A stretch of DNA of 64,000 bases from Candidatus Doudnabacteria bacterium (GCA_041497195.1 JBGQGB010000004.1:1770-65769); one strand, 5' to 3'. Positions 26,920 to 35,007 are shown, counted from the stretch's first letter. Notes: a model not told the origin generated them from the sequence alone. Numbers and translations are program-made.

Positions 26920-28731
26920 ATGGCCGAAAATCCGCAACCAAAAAAGCCCACGAAAAAAAATTCCGCCCATCAACTGCTGGAGGCAGAACGGGCTTTTCGC
27001 AAAGGCCTGACTTCGGTCAAAGATCTGATTGCCCCTTCGGCTGTGAGGATTGAGGCGTCCTATCTGCAAATTTCCGGCAAATTTGCCCGGACGTTTTTCA
27101 TTTTGACCTACCCGCGCTACCTCTCGAGTAATTGGCTAGATCCGATCATCAACCTGGATGTGCCCATGGATGTGTCGTTTTTTGCCTACCCGATGGAGTC
27201 AGACCAAGTCATGAAAAAACTGCGTGACAAGGTCGGCCAGCTGCAGGCGTCCATCGCGATCAACGAGGACAAAGGCGAGGTCCGCGACCCAATGCTGGAA
27301 ACGGCTTATCACGACGTGGAAGAACTGCGCGACAAATTGCAGCAAGGTACTGAGCGATATTTCCGATTTTCGCTGTATTTCACGATTTACGCCACCGATC
27401 CGGTCAGCTTGGACAAAATTTCCTCGAACATTGAGTCAATGCTCTCGTCCAAACTGGTCGTGGCCAAGCCCGCGATTCTGCAGGCTGAGGCCGGATTCAA
27501 TTCCACTCTGCCCTTGGGAGATGACGAGCTGGCTATTTCCACCAACATGAATACCGGGCCGTTGTCCACGACGTTTCCTTTCGTGTCGTCGGAACTGACG
27601 AGCAATGACGGCATCTTGTACGGGATCAATCGGCACAACAACAGTCTGATTTTATTCGACCGGTTTCAGATGGAAAACGCCAACTCCGTGGTGTTTGCCA
27701 AATCCGGTTCCGGGAAATCCTACGCCGTCAAGCTGGAGATTTTGCGGTCGTTGATGCTGGGGGTGGATGCGATCGTGATTGACCCGGAAAACGAATACAA
27801 ACATTTGACCGAAGCGGTCGGCGGCGCTTTTCTCAACGTTTCTCTCAATTCGCAGTCGCGCATCAATCCGTTTGATTTGCCCAAAGCCATCGAGGGTGAG
27901 GCGCCGGAGGACGTACTGCGTTCTGCGGTGATCAACCTCATGGGACTGATGAACTTGATGCTGGGCAAGCTCGACCCGACCGAGGAAGCGATCATGGACC
28001 GGGCTTTGTGGGAAACTTACGCGACGCGCGATATCACGCCGCAGGTGGATTTTACCAACGCAGAGATGCCCACCATGGCCGAACTGGTGAACGTGCTCGG
28101 CGGCATCGCCGGGGGCGAGAGTCTGGCGCAGCGATTGACCAAATATACGGAAGGGACGTTTTCCGGGATTTTCAACCAGCCGACGAATATCAATTTGGAC
28201 AACCAACTGGTCGTGTTTTCGGTGCGGGATTTGGAGGATTCCCTGCGGTCCATCGCTATTTATGTCATTTTGACGTTTATCTGGAATGAGGTCCGCTCGA
28301 TTTTGAAAAGGCGGATTTTGGTCATTGACGAAGCCTGGTGGATGATGCAGCACGAGGATTCGGCCAGATTTTTGTATGGCATCGCCAAGCGGGCCCGCAA
28401 ATACTATTTGGGGGTCACCACCATCAGCCAGGATGTCCAGGATTTTTTGCAAAGCCCGTACGGCAAGCCAGTGGTGACCAACTCGTCCATTCAGCTCCTG
28501 ATGAAGCAGTCGCCCACAGCGATTGACATCGTGGCCGAAACTTTTTATCTGACTGAGGGCGAAAAATATCTCTTGCTGGAGTCTGAGGTGGGGGAAGGGA
28601 TATTTTTTGCCGGGCTCAAGCATGTCGCTATCCGAGTGGTGGCCTCGTACACCGAGGATCAGATTATCACCACTGATCCGCGGCAGCGCATCGAAATTGA
28701 GAAAGCCAAAGAACAGCTGGGAGGGACCTAA
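26920..28731 (+). CDS. VirB4/TraE/PrgJ-like T4SS ATPase, central and C-terminal ATPase part
   Basis: LIAPSAVRIEASYLQISGKFARTFFILTYPRYLSSNWLDPIINLDVPMDVSFF block. Walker A VVFAKSGSGKSYAVK. VIDPENEYK. Walker B ILVIDEAWWMM. TTISQD. 603 aa. Confidence 0.85.
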   Translation: MAENPQPKKPTKKNSAHQLLEAERAFRKGLTSVKDLIAPSAVRIEASYLQISGKFARTFFILTYPRYLSSNWLDPIINLDVPMDVSFFAYPMESDQVMKKLRDKVGQLQASIAINEDKGEVRDPMLETAYHDVEELRDKLQQGTERYFRFSLYFTIYATDPVSLDKISSNIESMLSSKLVVAKPAILQAEAGFNSTLPLGDDELAISTNMNTGPLSTTFPFVSSELTSNDGILYGINRHNNSLILFDRFQMENANSVVFAKSGSGKSYAVKLEILRSLMLGVDAIVIDPENEYKHLTEAVGGAFLNVSLNSQSRINPFDLPKAIEGEAPEDVLRSAVINLMGLMNLMLGKLDPTEEAIMDRALWETYATRDITPQVDFTNAEMPTMAELVNVLGGIAGGESLAQRLTKYTEGTFSGIFNQPTNINLDNQLVVFSVRDLEDSLRSIAIYVILTFIWNEVRSILKRRILVIDEAWWMMQHEDSARFLYGIAKRARKYYLGVTTISQDVQDFLQSPYGKPVVTNSSIQLLMKQSPTAIDIVAETFYLTEGEKYLLLESEVGEGIFFAGLKHVAIRVVASYTEDQIITTDPRQRIEIEKAKEQLGGT

Positions 28732-28734
28732 CCT

Positions 28735-29727
28735 ATGCCAGTCTTGGAAGACGAAGAAATTGACAATGATGTAGGGGATGACAGGAGAGCGCGTTCCTAC
28801 CGAGAAGAACAGCAAAAAAAAGCCCAGCTGCAGCAGCAACGACAGGAGGAAGAATTGAGGCGGCAGGAAGAACTGCAGATGCGGCAAGCCCAAGACCGCC
28901 AGAGAAAGCAGCAAGCCGCCAAAGATCTGCAAAGACGAGTGGCCATCAAAGCGCTCGAAGGAAACGAGGCTGGAGCAGTTGAAGAGTTGGCCAAACATCC
29001 GGGCACCGCGGCAAAAGTCGCCGGGAAAAAAATAGTTCGACAGGCCTTGCTGGCCCTGCTCGAATGGGCCTTGCCATTTCTATTGATTGTTTTGGGGATA
29101 ATTTTGGTGGTCGTGATCGTGATTGTGGTGGCAGTTTATGAGTGCAACTCGACCTCCTGGCATGGCCGCCTGGCGCAAGTCAGTTCTACGGTCGTGGGAT
29201 TTTTTGGAGGCCCTGATTTTTGCGCATATTTCAAAGATTTCAAAGGCGTCGGGACTTTCATTGACCAAGCCCAGATTCCGTCGCCAGGAGGCCCCGGGGG
29301 TGGGCGGTGTGTACCAGTCACGTCCGGCCCAGCCACGGTAGCAAATTTGAGTCAGACTTGTTTTGGTGCCAACGCCCAGCAAGCTTCCAGTATCGCTAAC
29401 GTGGAAAGTGGCGGCAACCCCCTTGCCCATGGTGACCAATGTGCAGATGGAAGTTACGCTTCGTGGGGCCTATTTCAAATCAACATAAGCGCAAATAGCA
29501 TTGCGGGGCTTGATTGTCCAAGTGCATTCGACAAGCCGGCAAATTCCGCCAGTCTCATTGACCCAGTCGCAAATATTTACGATTGTCATGTCGTTAATCC
29601 TGCTCTCTACAGCGCCTGCGTTTCAGCTGCCCGTGATCCGGCAACCAATATTCAAGCGGCTTGCCAAATTTCCAGTAATGGGACGAACTGGCGACCCTGG
29701 GGAGCAAACTCGATTTGTAATTTTTAA
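28735..29727 (+). CDS. T4SS-associated VirB1-like lytic transglycosylase (coiled-coil, TM helix, SLT-like domain)
   Basis: N-terminal Q/E/R-rich coiled coil. TM helix (LPFLLIVLGIILVVVIVIVVAVY). Extracytoplasmic domain with ESGGNP ... GSYASWGLFQIN, resembling the catalytic ES / GLMQ motifs of family-1 lytic transglycosylases. 8 Cys. Confidence 0.5.
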   Translation: MPVLEDEEIDNDVGDDRRARSYREEQQKKAQLQQQRQEEELRRQEELQMRQAQDRQRKQQAAKDLQRRVAIKALEGNEAGAVEELAKHPGTAAKVAGKKIVRQALLALLEWALPFLLIVLGIILVVVIVIVVAVYECNSTSWHGRLAQVSSTVVGFFGGPDFCAYFKDFKGVGTFIDQAQIPSPGGPGGGRCVPVTSGPATVANLSQTCFGANAQQASSIANVESGGNPLAHGDQCADGSYASWGLFQINISANSIAGLDCPSAFDKPANSASLIDPVANIYDCHVVNPALYSACVSAARDPATNIQAACQISSNGTNWRPWGANSICNF

Positions 29728-29738
29728 AAACTTGAATT

Positions 29739-30212
29739 ATGTCCACTAGGTTAAAAATATTTCTGATAATTGGCGCAATCATCATCCTGACGGGTTTAGT
29801 TTGGTTTTTTGTTTTTTCACATCCGCAGAATCCTGCCAATAACCAGATACAGAATAATAATCCCTCCCAGGGAAACGGTACACAAACGCTGAATATTTCT
29901 ACCCCTCAGGGGATAGTGCCTGTGAGAGATTTTACGAAACAACCGGTGGAGGCAGTCGCGGGGACTATGGCTCTCGCCGAAACGAAAGATTATCAGATTA
30001 TTTATTTTACGCAAGATCGGTCATTTGAAATCACTTTGCTTTCACGGCCGATCGCGCAAGCGCAGCAATTAGCAGAAAGCGCCTTTTTGAATCTCCTTGG
30101 AGTGTCACAAGCCGGTGCCTGCAAATTGAACGTTCGTGTCTCAGTGCCCTACAGGCTAGATCCCGCCGCGGCAGGTGGAAACCAGGGTTTGAGTTTTTGT
30201 ATCGGCCAGTAA
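29739..30212 (+). CDS. hypothetical membrane-anchored small protein
   Basis: N-terminal TM helix (LKIFLIIGAIIILTGLVWFFVF), 157 aa, no known motif. Confidence 0.35.
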   Translation: MSTRLKIFLIIGAIIILTGLVWFFVFSHPQNPANNQIQNNNPSQGNGTQTLNISTPQGIVPVRDFTKQPVEAVAGTMALAETKDYQIIYFTQDRSFEITLLSRPIAQAQQLAESAFLNLLGVSQAGACKLNVRVSVPYRLDPAAAGGNQGLSFCIGQ

Positions 30213-30275
30213 AACAGGAAAGTCTCGAAACCTTGCATTGACAACAGATCAACTAAAAGTCAGAAGAAACTTTAA

Positions 30276-31310
30276 ATGCGAAATAGAATTTTATTGATAA
30301 TTTTGGCGCTTCTGGTAGTCGGTATTGTCGTATTTTTTTCCGTAAAAAAGTTTGGCCATCATCAGTCGCCAGTAGTACCTGTTGCCAAAGTCCCAGTATC
30401 GCCGCTAAAGTCCTTGGTCAGCGAACTGGTCATTTCCCCGATCCTGTCTTTTGACGGGCAAAAGGTCTGGTTTATGACCGCTGACGGAAAAATGTTCCGG
30501 AAAAATATTGATGGCACCACTGACAAAGAGGAGTATGTCTTGCCGCAAAAATTTCAGGATGCGACTTCGGTGATCTGGCCGGACCAAGGAGGAAATTTTA
30601 TTGTCGTGGAGAACCTCAGCGGCCATACCAGATACAATTTTTTTGACTCATTTGCCAAAGCCTTTACGCAATATCCGGAATTTGTGCGCGATCCCCGTTT
30701 TTTGCCAGGCGGCAGCAAGATTGTCTATGATTGGACCGCTACTTCCACCCAGGATGATCTGAAAATTTCCGACTCGAACGGGAGCAATTTTTCCAAAGTC
30801 ACCACTCTCTTGCGCTCGGATTACGAATTTGTCCCGTCTCCGGCAAAACAAGAGATGGTAGCTTTTACCAAAGATATGACTGACCCGACTCCGCTGTTTA
30901 TCGTGGATTTGTTCACTGGCAAATTCCGCGCCATCACTGCAAAAGCGCCCTATCAGGGTGTGAGTTTTTCACCGGATGGGAACCAGTTGTTGATTGCCAG
31001 AATGTCGGCCAAAGCAGGGGCTGACCCGAGTCTGGAGCTTGTTGATTTGCTCACGAACAAAGCCTTTGACCTTGGGCTGGCAGCGCCGATTGAACAAACT
31101 GCGTGGAGGAAAGACAGCCAGTCGATATATATCGGTACGAGTGGAAGTATCACAAAATTTGACGTGGCTACTCAGCAGAAGAGCGAAGCGTACAAATTCG
31201 CGGACACGGAAAAATATCAGCCCACGAATTTGTTCGCTCATCCGCAGCTGTCGGTTCTGTTTTTTGTGGATCAAAAAACCGGCTTTCTCTATCGGTTGGA
31301 TTTGAAATAA
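30276..31310 (+). CDS. membrane-anchored TolB-like/PD40 beta-propeller protein
   Basis: N-terminal TM helix. Repeated F-S-P-D-G-x-x-L/I-type segments (SFDGQKVWFMTADG, FLPGGSKIVYDW, FSPDGNQLLIARMS) resembling PD40/WD40-like propeller blades. Confidence 0.4.
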   Translation: MRNRILLIILALLVVGIVVFFSVKKFGHHQSPVVPVAKVPVSPLKSLVSELVISPILSFDGQKVWFMTADGKMFRKNIDGTTDKEEYVLPQKFQDATSVIWPDQGGNFIVVENLSGHTRYNFFDSFAKAFTQYPEFVRDPRFLPGGSKIVYDWTATSTQDDLKISDSNGSNFSKVTTLLRSDYEFVPSPAKQEMVAFTKDMTDPTPLFIVDLFTGKFRAITAKAPYQGVSFSPDGNQLLIARMSAKAGADPSLELVDLLTNKAFDLGLAAPIEQTAWRKDSQSIYIGTSGSITKFDVATQQKSEAYKFADTEKYQPTNLFAHPQLSVLFFVDQKTGFLYRLDLK

Positions 31311-31448
31311 ATAGTGGAAACAAAAAAATACGGGAGCTAGGCTCTTTCCAGAGAATGAACTGCTTCATCCAAAGGATTGAGTCTAGCCCCCGCGGTTTGC
31401 CGGGGCTATCTTTTGGGCGTCCGGCGCTGGGGAACTCTGTAGGGTCAG

Positions 31449-31491
31449 CATTCCTGATCAGATAATCCTGTTGCGCCCAGGATCAGGAATG
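31449..31491. repeat. perfect 11-bp inverted repeat CATTCCTGATC / GATCAGGAATG with 21-nt spacer containing a nested ATCCTG/CAGGAT palindrome
   Basis: Read directly: 31449-31459 and 31481-31491 are exact reverse complements. No flanking T-run, so not a canonical terminator. Confidence 0.6.
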
Positions 31492-31501
31492 ATGACACCT
31501 A

Positions 31502-31873
31502 TTACGAAAGTGTCCTGGCTGTGTTTCTTGCGAGTTTGGTCAGGATTTCCAATTTCTGCGGGTCCACGGCCATGACCCGCATCCTGGATACTCGACATGT
31601 GAACCGTTCTGGACCTTTGGCCTCGGGTTTACCGACCCACATCAGTGGTTCTCCCGGTCTCGGCGGTAGTTCGATGCCGTAAACCTGAGCGCCAGAGTGA
31701 AGGGTGGTGGGCAAGCCGGGACAGAGTTTTGCCTCCCCGTTAAGGTGAATTGGGAATTGCAAGTGATCCGGTGCCACAAAAATCGTGTGGGCCGACCGTT
31801 GAATCGGGTGGACAAACTTTACGACCTCAAGCTTCAGATGAGTTGGATTCATCTGAACACTTCTTTTTTTCAT
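31502..31873 (-). CDS. MazF/PemK-family endoribonuclease toxin-like protein
   Basis: 123 aa. The order VVKFVHP...RSAHTIFVAPDH ... LPTTLH ... ERFTCRVSRMRVMAVDPQKLEIL parallels MazF/EndoA (VYFADLSP...RPVLVIQND ... LPTHVEI ... ERDSVILLEQIRTIDKQRL). A good SD (AGGAG) lies 7 nt upstream of the ATG. Confidence 0.4.
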   Translation of the reverse strand: MKKRSVQMNPTHLKLEVVKFVHPIQRSAHTIFVAPDHLQFPIHLNGEAKLCPGLPTTLHSGAQVYGIELPPRPGEPLMWVGKPEAKGPERFTCRVSRMRVMAVDPQKLEILTKLARNTARTLS

Positions 31874-31931
31874 CCCCAGTCTCCTAGTACTAGATTTGGT
31901 TCAAGTTTCCTCCTTGGATCGCCGCTTTGTT

Positions 31932-31942
31932 GGGGGGGGGGG
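31932..31942. repeat. G11 homopolymer tract
   Basis: Eleven consecutive G at 31932-31942, between recG and the MazF-like gene, inside a weak 64-codon minus-strand ORF (31890..32084). Confidence 0.7.
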
Positions 31943-32116
31943 ATTTTAAGGTCTCCGACCTCAGCCATTCCACGAGCGCCATTTCAGTGGTTTGGCAAGG
32001 CTTACCGCAGGTAACCTTGAGGGAAAAAGATAGAGGTGGGGCGGCTATTACGCCTAGTTTATTCTCACCAAATTGGTCTGTCAAATCTCCGAAGGTCCAG
32101 GTTAGAAGGGTGGAAT

Positions 32117-34192
32117 TTATTCCAAATGCGCATTGCGGGCGAGGGCTTCGACTTTTTCTTTCAGCAGTAGCGAGATTTTTAATTTTGGGTCTGCGTCCAG
32201 GAGTCGTTCAGCCTGAGCTTTGGCTTCTTTGATCAATTTGCCGTCTGAAAGTTTTGCGATTTTGAAAGGGACGAAGCCTGACTGCCGCAGCCCGATGATT
32301 TCCCCGGGGCCCCGCAGTTCCAGGTCCTTTTCCGCCAATGCAAAGCCGTCATTAGAAGCCACAACCGCCTCCAGCCGCTGGCGGGTCGTTTCGCCGGCAT
32401 TTTCCGTGAATAACAGGCAAAAGGACTGAGCGGTACCTCGGCCGACCCGGCCGCGCAGCTGGTGGAGTTGGGCAAGCCCAAAGCGCTCGGCGTTTTCGAT
32501 GATCATAATAGCCGCATTAGGCACATCCACGCCGACCTCGATGACAGTGGTGGTGACGAGGATTTGCAGGCGGTTCGCCTTGAAGTTTTCCATGACTTGT
32601 TTTTTTTCTTCGCCCTTCATCTGGCCATGCAGCAGGCCGATGGCAAATTCCGGAAAGATTTCTGTTTTGAGGCGCTGCATTTCCGCGATCGCAGATTTGT
32701 TACCCAAGGTTTCCCCCTCTTCGATTAGAGGAGTGACGACGTAAGCCTGTTTGCCAGCTGCCAAGTGTTTGCGCACAAATTCGTAGGCCACCTGCCGTTT
32801 GTCCGGCTCGACCAGGCGAGTGATGATTTTTTTCCGGCCAGCCGGCAACTGCCTCAGTTGGGAAATATCCAAGTCACCGTAAAAAGCCAGCGCGAGAGTG
32901 CGCGGAATCGGCGTGGCAGTCATGGATAAGAGATGGGGAACCAAATCTCTGCTGTTTTGCAGTTGGCTCCTCTGCTCGACGCCAAAACGGTGCTGCTCAT
33001 CTACTACCAGCAGGCCGATTTTTTTGAAATTTACCCTCTCTTGTAAAAGTGCGTGGGTTCCGATGATGATGCGGATTTGCCCGTTTCCGATATCTTCCAG
33101 ATCGCCGATTTTGTGGCTACGGGTCAGCAGAGCTATGCTCAGACCCGTTCCCACCAACAGCTTTTCCAGGGTTTGGTAGTGCTGCCAGGCCAGGATCTCA
33201 GTAGGGGCGAGGAGGACTGACTGCCAGCCGGCGTTGGCCGTGGCGAGCATGACCAAGCCGGCAACCACGGTTTTGCCAGAGCCGACCTCTCCCTCCAGGA
33301 GCCGGTTCATGGGGTGCGGGTTGTCCAGGTCCTTCAGGATTTCCCAGGCCGCCAGCCTTTGGGAATTGGTCAGCTGGAAAGGCAGCTGCTCGACAAAGTT
33401 TTTGATGAGCTTGGTATCAAATGGGATGCGGGGAGCGGGCAGGGCTTTCAGTTTTCGCTTGAAAGCCTGTAAGGCCAGCTGGAACAAAAACAATTCGTCA
33501 AAAGCCAGCCGCTTGCGCGCAGTTTTCAGCAGCTCTAGATTTTTGGGAAAATGGATGTCGGTCAGTGCGGTCTTGAGGTCCGCGAGCTCGAGCGTTTGTC
33601 GCAAGGCCGGCGGGAGATGATCTGGGATATTTTGCAGAATCGTCAAACAGTTTTTGAGCCAGTAGCGGAGCTGCTTCTGAGTCAATCCCTCGGTCAAATC
33701 ATAGACCGGGATGATGCCGGCGGTGTGAATCGTGTCTGCTTTGACCAGTTCAAAAGCAGGATTGGCCAGTTGCAGGGTCGCCGCTGATTTCGTGGCGATC
33801 ATCGCCTTGGGCTGTGTATTGCGTGCAGAATACAGCTGAGCCTTGCCGCTGAAATAGTACTCCCGCCCCTCGTGCAGGGTATTTTGGAGATATGGCTGGT
33901 TGAACCACACTGCGGGTACAGTCCCGGTATGGTCTTGAAGCAGTGCCTGCGTCAGGTGCAGGTGCCGTTTCGGTGTGCGGTGGGCACTAAGCTTTTTGAC
34001 CGTAGCTTTAAGATTGATGAGCTCGTTTGGCTTGATGTCGGAAATCGTTCTGACGTCGCTGAGGTCTTGCCAATCGCGGGGGAAGTAATAAAGCAGATCC
34101 GCAAAGGTTGTGATACCCAAGTGATGCAAAGCTTGCTCGTTTTTCGGGCCGACCAAGCGGAGTTTGGATATGGGATCAGTCAGGTAAAACAT
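32117..34192 (-). CDS. recG: ATP-dependent DNA helicase RecG
   Basis: Wedge/OB N-terminal region, helicase motif I GEVGSGKTVVAGLVMLA, DEQHRFG and the C-terminal helicase domain. 691 aa. Confidence 0.9.
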   Translation of the reverse strand: MFYLTDPISKLRLVGPKNEQALHHLGITTFADLLYYFPRDWQDLSDVRTISDIKPNELINLKATVKKLSAHRTPKRHLHLTQALLQDHTGTVPAVWFNQPYLQNTLHEGREYYFSGKAQLYSARNTQPKAMIATKSAATLQLANPAFELVKADTIHTAGIIPVYDLTEGLTQKQLRYWLKNCLTILQNIPDHLPPALRQTLELADLKTALTDIHFPKNLELLKTARKRLAFDELFLFQLALQAFKRKLKALPAPRIPFDTKLIKNFVEQLPFQLTNSQRLAAWEILKDLDNPHPMNRLLEGEVGSGKTVVAGLVMLATANAGWQSVLLAPTEILAWQHYQTLEKLLVGTGLSIALLTRSHKIGDLEDIGNGQIRIIIGTHALLQERVNFKKIGLLVVDEQHRFGVEQRSQLQNSRDLVPHLLSMTATPIPRTLALAFYGDLDISQLRQLPAGRKKIITRLVEPDKRQVAYEFVRKHLAAGKQAYVVTPLIEEGETLGNKSAIAEMQRLKTEIFPEFAIGLLHGQMKGEEKKQVMENFKANRLQILVTTTVIEVGVDVPNAAIMIIENAERFGLAQLHQLRGRVGRGTAQSFCLLFTENAGETTRQRLEAVVASNDGFALAEKDLELRGPGEIIGLRQSGFVPFKIAKLSDGKLIKEAKAQAERLLDADPKLKISLLLKEKVEALARNAHLE

Positions 34193-34263
34193 AAAAATTT
34201 TTGCCAGAGTGCAAAAATTTCATTTAAAAAATTATGGGATTGAAATGATAGTGTGGAAAATTT

Positions 34264-34339
34264 TGGTGCGCCCGGCAGGATTTGAACCTGCGACCCCCAG
34301 CTCCGCAAGCTGATGCTCTATCCACTGAGCTACGGGCGC
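34264..34339 (-). tRNA. tRNA-Arg (anticodon GCG)
   Basis: Reverse complement folds as GCGCCCG-TA-GCTC-AGTGGATA-GAGC-A-TCAGC-TTGCGGA-GCTGG-GGGTC-GCAGG-TTCAAAT-CCTGC-CGGGCGC-A-CCA. 7-bp acceptor, GTTCAAATC T-loop, CCA encoded. Confidence 0.8.
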
Positions 34340-34410
34340 GCGGGTGATTCGGAATTTCAGTTTTCGCAATCCCGCGAGCGGGATTTCTGCAACTTCCGTT
34401 CGAATTCCCC

Positions 34411-34437
34411 TTTTTCCCAAAAAACGCCTAACGTTTT
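34411..34437. terminator. palindromic hairpin CCCAAAAAACG-cctaa-CGTTTTTTGGG downstream of the minus-strand membrane-protein gene
   Basis: Perfect 11-bp inverted repeat. A/T-rich, so a weak terminator at best. Confidence 0.3.
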
Positions 34438-34510
34438 TTGGGAGCCCTTGAGGAACTCAAGCCGAAGAATCAAATCACGGACAGCTCTGAATGTTTGGGA
34501 TTAAAAAAAT

Positions 34511-34996
34511 TTAGAATTTCAAAGTCCGCGATACTATGTCTGAAAACTGTTCCCCCCGGTCCGCATCCTCCGGCAGAAACTCCAGCAAGAAACTGCGAAT
34601 CGTAGTCGGATCTTGGTCCATCAGCTGTACTGTCAGGAATCTATTAAATCTCGCCGTGGTCTCAAAATTGAGGGTTTTGACGTAGGGCGGATCATAGACT
34701 ATCCAGAAGGTTTTTATCTGCTGAAAGGGCAGGCGATACGTATTGAGTTTTACTCCTTGTGGGGAGATTTCCACATTGACAGTCTTGGGTGCCATATTGC
34801 CAAAGTAGAGGATGACGACGAAAAACAAAACCAACAAAGCGGTGGTGAGGAAATCCTTTTGGAAGGCAAAATAGGCAATCAGGCCGAGGCCGAGGATGGA
34901 AATCCCCACAATCCAAATTTTATTTTTTGGGTAGTGGATGAATTCTGGCGCTTCCCAAATGAGATGTGGTTTTGGTTTGATAGGCGAATCTGCCAT
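34511..34996 (-). CDS. hypothetical membrane protein
   Basis: 161 aa with two adjacent TM helices (IWIVGISILGLGLIAYFAF; LLVLFFVVILYFG) and a soluble C-terminal domain. No known motif. Confidence 0.4.
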   Translation of the reverse strand: MADSPIKPKPHLIWEAPEFIHYPKNKIWIVGISILGLGLIAYFAFQKDFLTTALLVLFFVVILYFGNMAPKTVNVEISPQGVKLNTYRLPFQQIKTFWIVYDPPYVKTLNFETTARFNRFLTVQLMDQDPTTIRSFLLEFLPEDADRGEQFSDIVSRTLKF

Positions 34997-35007
34997 GATT
35001 TGATTTT

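Noticed and set aside
27652-28998. 448-aa minus-strand ORF antisense to the VirB4 ATPase gene
   Set aside because: Lies entirely opposite a gene with strong Walker A/B homology. Its translation is low-complexity (QFFLLSLLLQLGFFLLFF...) with no start context. Classic shadow ORF.
31697-32014. + strand 105-aa ORF (MKGGGQAGTEFCLPV...) spanning the toxin gene and G-tract
   Set aside because: Antisense to the better-supported MazF-like ORF (which has an SD and motif order). Composition is not protein-like.
34232-34504. ORFs 34232..34420 (-) and 34313..34504 (+)
   Set aside because: Both overlap the tRNA-Arg gene and its flanking hairpins. No coding signal.
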